Assembly (NCBI GenBank): GCA_002104945.1
Contig: MCFH01000034.1
Coordinates: 186,001-250,000 of the forward strand
DNA from: Piromyces finnis finn
Taxonomy: Eukaryota; Fungi; Neocallimastigomycota
Direction of reading: 5' to 3'
Length of the DNA stretch: 64,000 nt
Every line of letters starts with the position of its first letter. The first letter of the stretch is position 1. A program made the position numbers and the translations under genes. This document shows positions 27,221-41,574 of the stretch, piece by piece. The notes under the pieces were generated by a model. The model was not told the origin of the DNA. It saw only the letters and a list, made by a program, of their open reading frames with translations, and did no database searches.

Positions 27221-28271
27221 ATGGTAAATCAATGATTATATAAAAAATTATTATTTTTTAATTTTTATATTTAAATGCAATATTAAATTTATCAATAATC
27301 GATACACTATCTATTATATTTGTTTGATTATAAACTTTTCATTTAAACATTTCCTCGAAAATAAAAATTAATTAATTGATTAGTAAAAAGATAAAATTAT
27401 ATTTTCTTATAAGATTTTTAAAAAATAAATGATTAAGTAATTGTAATTATTGTATTAGATAATTGCAATTATATATTTATTTAATAGTATTTTAAAAATA
27501 TTTATTGGAAGCACTAAAAAGAAATATTAAAAAAAATTTTTAATAATAAGAATTGTAATAATAATAATTTACTATAATATATTAAATAGATAAGATTTAT
27601 CTTAGTTCAAAATAGGCAAGGAAAAACCAGACTTTCCAAATGGTATATGCCATTTGATGATGATGAAAAAGTTAAGCTTCGTGGTGAAGTTCATCGTTTA
27701 ATTGCTCCAAGAGATCAAAGAAACCAATCCAATTTTGTTGAAGTAATTATATAATATTCATTATATTTTTGCAGTTAAAAATTTTTTTATTCGTAGTATC
27801 ATTAAATCATCATATTAAATACATTTGTATTGATTGATAGTTCAGAAACTATAAGATTGTTTACCGTCGTTATGCTGGTCTTTTCTTCTGTTTTTGCGTC
27901 GATACAAACGATAATGAACTTGCTTACTTAGAAGCCATCCATTTCTTTGTTGAAGTTTTAGATGCTTTCTTTGGAAATGTTTGTGAATTAGATCTTGTAT
28001 TTAATTTCTATAAGGTAATTTATATTTAATATAAATATTTAAAGAATAATTTTTGTTTTTGAATATTTTTATATTTTATAAACATTTTGATGTATCTATT
28101 CTATATCGATATCTTTATATATTATATCATGAAATTTTAATAATTATAAAAATATTTTAAAATATTAAGGTATATGCTATTCTTGACGAAGTATTCTTAG
28201 CTGGAGAAATACAAGAAACTAGTAAAAATGTTGTTCTCAGTAGACTAGATTATTTAGATAAATTAGAATAA
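27221..28271 (+). CDS. APS2: AP-2 clathrin adaptor sigma subunit
   Basis: The first coding exon is ATG only. Then [43 protein letters not shown]...[16 protein letters not shown]...[28 protein letters not shown]...LDKLE*. Confidence 0.96.
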
Positions 28272-29196
28272 AATTTTTTTTTGGTATTAATTTAAAATTC
28301 CCAAGAAAAAAACAAGCATAAAAAAAATAATATACTACTATTAATAGTTGTAACAATAAAAACAAAAAAAAAAAAAAATTATTAATAGAAATATTAAATT
28401 AAAAATGCTGTCTATAACAATATTTTATTTTTATAATACGATTGTAATAATAATAACAACAAATAATAATAAATAATGCCTTAACATAAATAAAATAAAA
28501 CAAAACTAAAATCAAAATAAATAATAATAAATAATAATAATAATAAATAATAATAATAATAATAATAAAAAATAACTATTTACAGAATAAATAAGTGTAA
28601 TGAAAAAAAAAAAGTTTTTAATTTATAAAATAAAAAATTTTAATATTTTTTGTATCCAAAAATTTTTCACTATTTTAAATTTAATTAATAAAAAATAAAA
28701 GGCTATTTAATATAATTTAGTGTATATGAATAATAAATTTTAAATTTTTATCTTACTTTTTAGCTCTATTAATAAAAGTATTTAAAAAAGGATAAAAGGT
28801 AACAGACATTTTTTTTTTTAAAAAAAAAAAGGAAATATAACAATAAATTCAAATAATATATATATATCATATATATTATTTATATAAGTAATAGTTGATT
28901 TTACAGGATAACAAATAAATAGGAAAAAAAAAACCACTGAGATTTTTAAATTTTTAAAATTCCTTTTTTTTTTTTTTTTTTTTTTTTTTTCTGATGGAAA
29001 TTCATAATTGAGTCGAAAATTCATTTTTTCAGAAGGAATATATAATACTTTTAATACGTGCTTCTATGTTAAATTAAAAATTATTTCAAAGAAAAGGATT
29101 GAAAACTATACATAAATATTATATTTTTACCATTATATTACCTACAACAAAACATAAGAAATTTTTAAACATTTCTTAAATTCTTTAACAATTATC

Positions 29197-29227
<31 letters not shown>

Positions 29228-29511
29228 AAATGATTGATTATTTTAAATAATAGCATTGTATGAATGTATTAATAATCAATATCGTATATTTTAAATAATG
29301 AATATATTGATACATACGATGAATTCTTATAATATTTAATTATTACTATTATTATTATTTTATTCTTTTAGATTTATTAATCGAATATGAATAATTTAAA
29401 ATAAAATTAAAAAGTTTAATATTTCAAAATATACTAAATATATTAAAAATGTATATTGAAATTAACGTATATTTTATTTATTGAAATATATTTTTAATTA
29501 CTATAAAATAG

Positions 29512-30231
29512 ATGTTTGCTTTTAATAAATCTAATAATTTATATGTTAATCTTGCTGTTACTGATGAATCAGAACCTGTAGATTCATTTTTCACTGATAA
29601 TTATACAAATGTAAAGAAATCTAAACATTTATCTTCACCATATCCATATTTATTTTCAATGAATAATAATGGTATATAATAATAATACATTTCTTTAATT
29701 CTTTAATAATGCAATAATAGTATTAATATTAATAATAATAATGTTAATAATAATGATTATAAATTATAAAATCATAAAATTTACAGAATCAACAAAAATT
29801 CAATCAAAATATTTTTTAAGACGTTCAGCCAATACAAATTCTAACATGGTAATATTATATTTTATTGCTTTAATTTATTTTTAAATATATTCAAATCAAG
29901 TTTTAATAATTATTATAGAAAAATCAATATATCAATTTTTTTCTAATTAATATTTTATTATTTATATATAAATTTAATTTAATATGAATATCATTATATA
30001 AAAATTATAATATGATAATTATAGCAAACTTCTAATAATGACAATATAAATGAAGGTCAAAATCCCTTAGATGAATCATATTATAGTTGTTCTACTAATA
30101 GAACTGGATTTCCCTTTTCTGATTTAAATACTTCAACTTACGGTTCATCAGAAAAAAAGAATCAAACACCAAACCCATTTATTAGATATGACCGTAAAGT
30201 AAAAATAAGAGATGAACCATCTATCTATTAA
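29512..30231 (+). CDS. Small hypothetical Ser/Asn-rich protein (3 visible exons, about 140 aa; an upstream exon is possible)
   Basis: Three locally less AT-rich blocks bounded by AG/GT splice in frame: MFAFNKSNNLYVNLAV...SPYPYLF / ESTKIQSKYFLRRSA / QTSNND...NPFIRYDRKVKIRDEPSIY*. No family recognised. Confidence 0.55.
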
Positions 30232-30551
30232 TTATAACTTTATTACTCTTTCATTTTACTTTTTTTTTTTTTTTTTTTATTTCCATCTTATTTATTACTT
30301 TAACCATTACATATCAAAATAATGAAAAAAATAAAAAATGTGTTTTTTCTATTTACAATCAAAGTATTTAATTTTATCAACATTTAAACATATAATTATT
30401 ATTATCTTTTTACTTTATTTTTCATCTTTACATAGAATTATTTAAAACATATATATATATATATAAATAAAATATTTAAAAATATTAAAAAAAAAAAAAA
30501 ATCCTTTAATTTATTTACCATTTTATTTTATTTGTTTTTATTTCATTTTAA

Positions 30552-30589
<38 letters not shown>

Positions 30590-31138
30590 TTTTATTTTTT
30601 ATTTTTTTAACTATTTGTATATATTTTTATTATTTTTACTTTTATTTTTATTCTTCATTACTTTATTTTAAAATATCTTTAACTATAAAAAAAAATTTTT
30701 AAATATTAAAAGAAAAATATTATATTAATTTTCTATTACTAGATAGTTTTTCTTTTCTTTTTCTTTTTCTTTTTTTTTTTTTTTTTTTTCTTTCTTTCTT
30801 CCTTTTATATATATATATATATAATAAAAATAAAAAGAATAAAATTAAAATATGGTTTACAAAAATTAAAGATTAAAGGCAATTTTTCAAAATATTTATA
30901 ATAAATTTAAAAGATAAAAATAAAAAAAAGTTATCTTTTCTATAATTATTATTATAATTTTATTTCATTCCTTTTTTTTTTTCTTTAAATTTTGTATCTC
31001 TGTATCATTGTTATTATTACTGTTATTATTATTTTTTATTCCTTTCTTTCATTCGTTTTTTTTTTTTTTTTTCCAATTTTTTTTAATAGCATGCTTTATT
31101 ATTATTATTTTTTTTTTTTTTTAAAAAAAAAGGAAAAT

Positions 31139-34100
31139 TTAAAGGTATGGGTAAGCAGCTAAATCAAGTTTTTCTGATGGATCCTCATTAACTAATAAAT
31201 CATCAATATATGCTGTTATATCAGCTTTATTTATTTGAATACTTTCATCATCATCTTCTTCTTCGTTTTCATCATCAAGTGGTCTATAATCATGATCTAT
31301 TTTATATTCTTCATCAACAGAATCATCTTCTTTTCTATTTTTCATTGAATTACTTTCTTCTATATTATTATTATCATTATTGTTACGTCTTCTTCTGATA
31401 AAGTCTCTTATTGAACGTCTACTTTGAGGCTTTTTTATACCTAAATGTTGTTGAATAAATCTACCATTTTCATTATTAATTTCATTTTCATTACTATTAT
31501 TGTTTTCTCCTTCTGATTCTCTATCTTCTTCATATCCATCTTCTATTTCTTTTGAATTCAGTGAAATAGTTGCATAATCAATAATTCTTCCATTTTGACT
31601 AAGAAGTGGTTTTAAATCTTCTGGTGAATTTGATTCAACATCGGATTGTTGAATTAGAGCATCACCATCCGTAAAGTTTCTAATTATGAGTTTACGATCG
31701 GCATTTTGATTTGTATTAAATTGAATTGGTGAATTTTGATCAAATTTATCACCTGATAAATATTGACTTTCATTATTGGCGTTATCTTCAATATCTTCTG
31801 ATGAAGAAAGAATACTTTCAGGAGATAATTCTTTTTTCGCTTTTGATTTATCATAATTATTATTAGAATTAGTATTGTTGTTGTCTTTTTTATTATTACC
31901 CCTTTTATTATTTTTATTATCGATCGGAAGTGAGCTTTCAATAATGCTCAAATCGATCTCGAATTCAGGAATTGGAGATTTCCAGTAATTATAGTCATTA
32001 AAATCATTATTAATTTGGATATTTATTGGTGGGAAAATTTGATCAACTAATTCATTAATTTTATTATATCTGTAAAATAATAATAATAAATGTGAATATT
32101 TAATATTGAACATAAATGTTTAAATATTACAATAATTTGTTATTTTTTAATATACATATTTATATATAAAAATATATATTTACGATGATTTAAATCCATG
32201 TAAAAGTTCAAGTTTAACTTCACCCTTTGGATCAATAGTAAATATTCTTGAATCTGGAACACCAACATTTTTATATGATAAAGCATCCTTTTATAATTTA
32301 TTTATATTAATTATTATTATTAATATTCTTATTGCTATTACTTTAATCAACTTATAATTACACTTTTAAATACTTACAGTAATTCTATTTCCAAAACCAG
32401 CATAGAATGGTTTAGCATCACCACCCCATAGTTTTTTAATATCGTTTAAAGCAGCAATCTTGAAATCTTCAGGTTTCTTTATAATTACTTCTCTATGTAA
32501 TGATTTTAATAGTCTATCCGGTGACATAATAATTGGACCATCTGGTAATTGATATTTATTTTGTTCTATTTTTTTTAAATAACCTCTAGTAGAGTTAGAC
32601 TAATTAAATATATTAAGAGGAGTTATAACAAATATATATATATAAAAATTAGTAGTCTAATTTAATTTTTATTTTTAATGATTTGTTTTTTATATAAATT
32701 TTAAGCAAAAGTAACGTATTAATATAAATATACCTGACCAATAGCTCTTGAAGTTAAATATAAAATCTTATAACCGTTATGATCAATATCATGGTATAAA
32801 TTTGCTACTCCAACATGAGTCCAATCTTTTCCTACCATAGTATACAAATGACCTAATACATCAGACCTTTTTTTAAATAGAATAGATTAATTATTAATAA
32901 TTAATTTATTATAAATACTATATATATCTTATTTTTATAATTTTTTTTTAATTACTTTGTGATTGTTCCATCAACATCAGAAATAACCACTTGGGTATCC
33001 ATATCCCATAAATAAATTTTTGCCATACATGTAGCAGTACCTTGAATTCTTGTTGATACTGTAAATGATATTGTATTTACGCCTTTTTTCAGATTTAATT
33101 TTTTCTATAGAATATATTTAATAAAAAATTAATAATTTAATTCTTATAAATTAAAAGTAAAAAGTTAAAAAAAGAAAAAAGTATATATTTATATTTTTAA
33201 TACTGGGATTTTTACCAATTGTTCTGAAGTTAATCTAAGGGATTTAATGAAATGGTATTTTTGATTGTCTTCTTCTAATTTATTATCAGTATCATAATAT
33301 GATGAGGTATAATCATTATAATCTTCATGTGGTGGTTCACTAACTGTTGTTTTTACTTGTAATGGTGATAATTCTGGAGATGGTAATATAACTGGTTGAG
33401 TTTTATGACGAATTGGATGAAGTTCAGGTGAAGATAACATATCATAAAACATATTTTCAAGTATATCTTGATTTTTCAATTCATTATTTTCAAAGAATTC
33501 ATTCATTTTTGGGCTGAAGGCATATTCATTGAAATTTTGGTTATTTATAGATTGATTGCTATTGCTATTATTATTATTACCGTTATTTAAACTATTATTG
33601 GAATTGCTATTATCGTTATTGCTATTTGAGTTATTATTATTGTTGTTGCTATTATTTTGTACATTTGATCTTTTCCACCATTGTGGTCTCCAGGATCTAT
33701 TTCTATTTTGATCTTGAATTAACTTTTCAATGGCTTTTGCATTCAGCGGTTTATGGAAAAACATTACAGATGCTATTAATGCTTCTATTACTTTCCAACT
33801 AAAATATCTATTTATATATTTTAGTTTAATTAATAATAATAATAATAATTACTAATTAGTATAATTAAAAACTATAAAAAAAAAAAAAAATTAAATAAAT
33901 TATCACCTTTTATTAATCTTGCATACTAAATCATCATGTCTTGTAATAATTAAAGGATTTTCACAGAATTTTTCAAATGTTAATAGATTCTTTTCAAACA
34001 ACTCATTAGCAGCCTACAATAATGAAATTATTAATAATACATTAAGTATGTAATTAATTTATTATTTGATTATAATAAAATATTAATAATTAAATTAAAC

Positions 34101-36094
34101 CTTAATAATAATAAATTTGAAAGACATACATCATCTGGAAGCTTAACCAAATCATTGAATCTACAATTTGAAACTAAAACATCACCGTTTTCAAAAATAC
34201 CCATTAAACTAGATAAACCAAATTCATTACTATCATATTTATCTTTTTCCGTATATATATTATGAGAAGAATTTTCATGACTTCTATTATTATTTAAAGG
34301 ATATTCATTTTCGATAATACCATTATTATTTGTGTTATTATTAGTAGAATGAGCATCTGTATTATTGTTTATTATATAATCCTGATTTGTTTCTAGGAAA
34401 TCTTCAACTTTTTCTTGATATGTTAATGTTTTATTTTTGTTTGAAATTTTATTTCTGTTTTCAATATATTGGTGTAAATTAATCATTTCTTTTTTAGAAT
34501 TTTTATTTAATTCTAATGTATCTACACTTGGTCTATAACTCATATTTTTTGTAGGTAGAGCACCCCATCTCCAACTCCATTGCTTTTCTTTTATGTCTAT
34601 ATTTACAAATTCCTGTGGTTCATTAAATAATGCTTCATTTCTAATATTATATATCAATATATATTTATTTGTGCATATTATATTAAGGTTATAATTAAAT
34701 ATGATTAATTCTACATTATATTAATTTTATAACTATTATTTAAAATTATAATTACGTAATATTTGTTGATGTATAATCTTCAACTTCGTTTGGATATTTT
34801 TCTATTAAAAAATATTTTTATTTTACAATTAATATTCATGATTTTTTAAGAATTTTTAATTCATATATATATATAAATTTATAATAAAAAAAATATGATT
34901 GATTCATGTTTAAACAATACTCATAAATTCTGTTGTTAAACTATATGGATTATCGTTATACTTTGGAATAGGATCTGGATTTTCATTTTCTTCTAAATTA
35001 TTTTTAAATTTTTTATTTTCAAGTTTTGATAAATAATTAGAAGAAGCAGGGTATGAAGAACTTAAAAGCGTTTCTTCTACAAAATATTTATCTCTGGGTT
35101 CAGTATATGAATGATAATTAAACATATTATTTTGTTCTTCACTATCATATCTTATACGTTGAAAAGGTTGATAAAAAGTTCTTTTTACTGTTGGTTTTAT
35201 ATCAATTGGTTTTGAACTAGTATTAATTTGTTCAGAAAATAATGAAGTTTTATTACTTGAATCAAATGTTTTTTTTGGGAAAAAATCACCAACTATATTT
35301 AAAAATATTAATAATTTTTTAATAATTATTTAAATTTTTAGTATTGTGTTGAATAAAAATATTTAATGATTTTTACTTGATCCATGAGCACTCGCATAAT
35401 CTTTTTTAAAATAAATAAAAAATTTAATTATATAAAAATATTTTATTTACAATATCGTTAATATGCTTAATATTATCAGGTTTACAATTAAAGTATATAT
35501 ATATTTATGTTAATAAATACCTATGTTATCAGAATAGGTATCATCATTTAAGTTTAAAGGTTCAATTTCCTATATATTATAAATTATATTATTATATTAT
35601 TATAAAATATTTATAAATTTTTTATTAAAATTCGAAAATATATTTACCATTTCGGTTTTTTGTGGTAAAGGTATAGGAGAAGTTGCGTATTCAGAAGGAA
35701 CAGGGTCCTAGGAATTTATTTATTTATTTATTTAAAAAAATAGAATTAATAAATATAAATTATAAAGAAATTCCTTGAAATTTCCTTTCTAAAATTTATA
35801 TATTTAAATTATAAAATTAAAATTTACATCTGTTTCTTGAACGAAAAAAGCTTCACCAGCTTCTCCTACTTTCATTTGAAGATCTGCAAGTTCACCATTT
35901 ACTCTTACTTCAACGACCTTTTCTTGTGGTCTTAAAAGCTTTAATTTTCCAAATCGAACATGAAATGGTGAACATTTTAATTCTTTATCTGGTTGTTCAA
36001 CAACAACAACATCAATAGCACCAGATAAAGTAGCTGGATTAATATCTTTATAAAATTCTGTTACAGTTGAAACAACTTTTCCCACAAATTGCAT
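31139..36094 (-). CDS. PAH1: Lipin / phosphatidate phosphatase
   Basis: N-lipin [34 protein letters not shown]; WSWRWGALP; LNS2 catalytic [13 protein letters not shown]; PDGPIIMSP; [10 protein letters not shown]. Confidence 0.96.
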
Positions 36095-37254
36095 TTTCCT
36101 GTTAAAAAAAGAATCAACTATGAGATATTTTTATTAAATAACTATCAATTTATTTATATTTATCCTTTTTTAAATAAAATCCAAAAATATTACAAATTTA
36201 AAATATAAAATGTTATTTTTATTATTATTATTATTATTATTATTAAAGAATATTATATTGAAATAAATTGTAATAACTATATAAAATGAAAATTATATAA
36301 ACAGGTGCAAAAACATAAAATGTATTAATGTTTACCTTTTTATTTAATTTATGAAATGGAGCTTTAAACTTATATAAAAAAAATATTTTTATATAAATTT
36401 TTTTTTTTATTGTTGTTATTTTTATTTTATTATCTTATTACTATAAATTTAATATACAAATAAAATGTAATAATATTATTTATCTATTTATTGTTATGTT
36501 ATTTTGTTTCAAATGATTTTTGTTATTTTGACTAGGTCCCCACTCAATAATTAATGTTGTAAAATGTAAATTTAAAGAAAAAATAGAAAAATATTGTTTT
36601 ATTTAAATCAAAATAGTAATTTTTAATTGTTGGATTGTAATATAAAAAGATAAAAAGGAAAAAGTGTTTCCAAATATAATTCTTAATTATGTTATAAATA
36701 ATAGATATGTTGCGTCTGCTAAAAATGAAAATAAAATAATTATTCTAGAAATAATTCAAAGTAGAATATAAGATAATAAAACCAGAATATTAGAGAAAAT
36801 TAGAACTTTACAAACAATAAAAATGAAGCATTTTATTTTAAGAAATAATATTTTTAAAAACTAAAGAAATTTTACCTTTATATATTGTTCTTTATATTAA
36901 TATTTAAATATATGTCTTTCTTTTAGATAAACATTTATTTTAAATTATATATAAATAAATATTTGCTCAATTGGAAAATTTAGCTAAAAAAAAAAAGGAC
37001 TTGAAGATAGAAAGAAAAATAAAAAAGTTTACACTTTTTTTTTTTTAATGTTACAAGTTTAATTAATTATTTATTTATTTATTCATCTATCGTTATACAT
37101 TATTCTACTACAGATTTTTCTTAATTAGATTTTCTTTATATTAAAAAGAAAATATAGATTAATATAAATTTCTCATTAATTTTAATATATTTAATTTTAT
37201 ATTATTTATTATAATATATTATATATGCGTTTAAAACATAAATAACAGTCCGTT

Positions 37255-37755
37255 AATTCATGTGTGTGTTTAATCACGTGTTATAAATCAATAAAAGAAT
37301 CCATCTTAAAAAAAATAAATATTATAGTTAATCATAAAATTAAAATAAATAAATAGAAATATTAAATATTAAAAATTAATAATTATAATGAAAATTATTA
37401 ATATTTTTCATAAATAAATTAATATTTTTATTTAAATAATAGTAATTACTATAATTTTAAATAATTTTAATATATAATAAGACACAATTTATTATATCTA
37501 ATTATATATTAAAATTAAAATGGAAATAGAAAAGAAAAAGTTTCAATAAAACAAAAAAGTTTTATCCAATAAATTTGATTTTATAATTACCATATATGTA
37601 AATGTAAAAATAAAAATTTGATATTTACACGTGAAATTTTTTATATAAAATTTAATATAATCATAGCAATATTATTATATGACACGTGATATAATACATA
37701 AATCATATATGTGTAACATAGCATATTTACATATTATTTAGTAATTTCACATGTT
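37255..37755. promoter_or_regulatory. Cluster of E-box / ICRE-like bHLH sites between PAH1 and the GPI-protein gene
   Basis: CACGTG at 37275, 37628 and 37683. ATTTCACATG at 37744-37753, and ATTTCACGTG on the minus strand at 37628-37637; both match the ICRE consensus WYTTCAYRTG. Confidence 0.55.
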
Positions 37756-39130
37756 AATACAAAACATGTTTCTTATTAAATAGTTAGTATGTTTTATGGG
37801 AAAGTCTTTTTGAAAGAATACTTGATAAGTAAATTAAGTGACTATTAGTATATTTATGCTTTTATAATAATATGAAAAAAAATCAGTCATTTGAATAACA
37901 TAGAATTACATTTTATTTTTTAAAAAAAAAACATTTTTAAAATATAATAAAAAAAGGAAACTGCTATAAACAAAATTTTCCAATTGAATGATTTTTATTT
38001 AACTACATTTTTTAATATTTCATATTTTCATATTTCATTAAATAAATATAAAAGTTAATTATTTTTTTTAATTGATAGGTTAGTTTATTTAATTAATACA
38101 AGAACAAAAACAAAAACTACTTAATGCTATAATTTTATATTGTACAACTTGTAGATTCAAGAGTATTAATTATTAGTAATATAATTTTTAAATGTCATCT
38201 TATATTTTATTTTAAATTATGGTTAATGGGATTTTATATACAATTATTTTTTTTATTATAAATATTATACATATGATAAGTTCTTTTAAGAGTTTTATTA
38301 ATTACTCTAGTTGTATCATATTGAATTAAAATATTTTATTTAAATAATTATATTAACCGAATCCCCCAATATAATGCTCATTTATTCGAACTATTTTTTT
38401 TATTGTAATAGAAATTAAACTATTTTTCATTTAAATATTACTTTTATTAATTATTGTATTTTTTTTTTTTATAACATTTGTATGAACATATAAAAAACTA
38501 ATTTATATGACAAAAAAGGATTAAATTATTATTAATTATAAATAATATGATTTATAATTAATAATAATTTAAATAAATAAAGAATCATATTGTTTATTTA
38601 CTTGCTAATCATATGTATTATATATTTATAAAACGATGCTTTAACTTTTTTTTTTTTTATTTTTATTTAATTAAATAAATCTTTTTCTTTTTTATATTTA
38701 TAATAATTTTTATTATTATGCTTGTTTAATTTCTTTCACTCAATATTTTCGTTTTTTTGATAAATATTAAAGTTGTTTTTAAGATAATAATATAATACAA
38801 TTTAATGTAATATATATTTAATTAAATTTAATTAAAGAATTTAATTCTTTATTGGTTGATACAACAATTAGAATGATAATTTTATATTATAATATTATTA
38901 TAATTGTTATTATAATTATTATAATATAATGATGATAATAAGAATACTAATTATTTAAAAATTTAATTATTTATTAGTCTCCATATAATATATTGAAAAT
39001 AATTATTCCTATATAATGGTAAATTTTTTTTTTTTTTTTTTTAAAAAAATAAAAGATAAAATATATATACCATTATAAGAAATAATTTAAAAATTATAAT
39101 AAAAATTAAAAACAAAGAAAGTAGATAAAA

Positions 39131-39893
39131 ATGAAGTTCTTTACTCTTTTCACTGCTTGTATGCTTATGGTTCTTTCTGTCTTTGCTTTAGACAATGAAT
39201 CAAAGAAATCTTGTCCAAACACCTATGCCACCTTTGATCGTAAATATTAAAATAATCATTTATTTTTAAAGATAAATACTTTTTAAAAATATATAAATAA
39301 TAATAATAAAATTTTGATATAATGACAAAAAGAAGAAAATAAAAAATAATTAAAAATAAAAAAAAAGATTATAAAAATTAAAATATTTAAATTTAAAAAA
39401 AAATAATAAAAATAACGAAGAATTGAGTAAAAATGATTAATGAATTAAAATTATATTTTCTTTTATAAAATCAATACTGATATGAATTAATATAATAAAC
39501 GTATATAAATATATATTTTAAAAAAAAGAATGTATTAATCAATATGGAGGTTGGAGTCCAGAAGAATCAGCTTGTCAAAGTAAGGCTACTCTTGGTGAAG
39601 AATACAATCGTTGCCTTGCTAGAGCTTATTATAATCTATCACAATGTTTCTCTTACTGTCCAAACCATCCAAGAAAAGCAAGTTATGATTTATACTTCCA
39701 ACAATATCAACCATATTACACTGCTGCTACCACTATTGAAACACCAACTGCTAGTTTAGACCAATCTACTAACTCTCAAACTGGTACTACTCAAACTGGT
39801 ATTAATTTAGAAGGTGATTCTTCAAGTGCTATTAATCTTAATGCCTTCTCATTAGGTGCTATTCTTTGTATGATTGCCTACTGGATATTTTAA
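39131..39893 (+). CDS. Small secreted Cys-rich, probably GPI-anchored surface protein (2 exons)
   Basis: Signal peptide MKFFTLFTACMLMVLSVFA. Cys-rich domain (CPN...QCIN...SACQ...RCLA...QCFSYCPNHP), Ser/Thr stalk, then DSSSA and a hydrophobic tail LNAFSLGAILCMIAYWIF*. Phase-1 intron from about 39240 to 39528. Confidence 0.85.
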
Positions 39894-41574
39894 ATATAAC
39901 AGAAAAGTAATTTCATTAATATAAATAAAAGAATAAAATAATTATAACTCGGTATTTCTTAATATTTAAGAAATATATGTAATCATTAATTAAAATTATA
40001 ATAACTTGTTTCATTATATAATATATAATTATATACATAAATAATAAAATTGTATATTATATAATTTATAAGAAGATAATAAGAAATGAAAAATAACAAT
40101 ATAAAATAAAAACTATCTTAATATTTTATAATAAATTGTAAGAGTTTTTTATTTTATTTAATTTACAATTTTTAATTATACAATTCCAATTAAATTTATA
40201 GAATTAAATAAAAAATATAGTATCTTTCAAATAACTAATTAATATAATTATTAAAATTAGTGTGTAAGAAATACATATTTAAATTATCAAAATCCGACAT
40301 TTCATATAAAGAAAATACTAATTAAAAAGTTTTATCCACTCAAATAATAATGTATTTTTTTTTTTACAAAAAAAAAAATTACTAGGCAATAAGAAAAGAA
40401 AAATAACTAGTATTAATAAAAAAGATTTCAAACAAAAATATAAATAGTAAATAAAGACATTTGTAAACTTTTAAAATAATTATAATAGTAATTCATAAAT
40501 ATACCTAGTTAATCCTTTTTTACAATCTAATAGAATATATTATATTTTACACAATAAAAGGATGTACTATAACTATTATAATGGTTACTTTTTATCTTTT
40601 GTATTTCTATTTCTATAAAAGATTATTATATATTATTTATATTTATTAATCTATCAAAAATTTAAAAGTGTCCCTATTTATTTTTTAATTTTATAAAAAT
40701 TACTAATTTAAAATTTTATTTTATCATAAATTAAGAAAAAAAAAAAAATACATTTTGAAAATTAAAGAAAACAAATCAAAAAATTTTGGAAAAATTAATT
40801 TTTATAAAAAAAGTTTAATTATTATTATTTATAATTTTGTAAAATTAAACATCAAAAATAAAAAAAAAATAAAAAAAAAACTTAATTATTATCTTGGTTT
40901 TTTAAAAAAGGAAAGAAATCAAAATTAAAAACAAGGAATATATAAAGAAAAGATGATATTTTATTAATAATTTGTTTTTATTATAAAAAAAAAAAACAAA
41001 ATAATTTTAAGTAATATTTTGTATTAAATCATATAATAAATATTTATTAATCAACAATCTTTAAAACCATTCAACTATCAATATAACATTAATAAAAATA
41101 AATAATTAAAAAAAGAAAAAGAAAAAACAGCAACAATTTCATTAAAAAAAAAGTTATAGTAAATATTATCTTTTTTGAAAAAATAATAAAATTCATTTCG
41201 TTTATATTTAAAATTTTTTATTTTATTTTATTTTATTTTGAAGACATTTATGTTTAATAGACTTATCTTTAAAATTCAAATAAGTAAGATATCAAGATAA
41301 ATATTAATTTCTTTCTTTTTTCTCATTTCTTTATTTAATATCTATTTCTATATATCAACTATTATATGTAGATATCTTATAATTATTTAAAATTTTATAT
41401 TTGAAATATTATTATTATTTATTATATTAAAAAATATATAAAAATTCAAATAGGACCTTGTTTATTACTATATTTCGAATTTAAAATAGTTAATTTTCAT
41501 TGTTTATAATTTATGTATTAGTATTTTCTTTTCTTTTCTTTTTCTTTTTCTTTTTTTTTTTTAATTATATCAAC

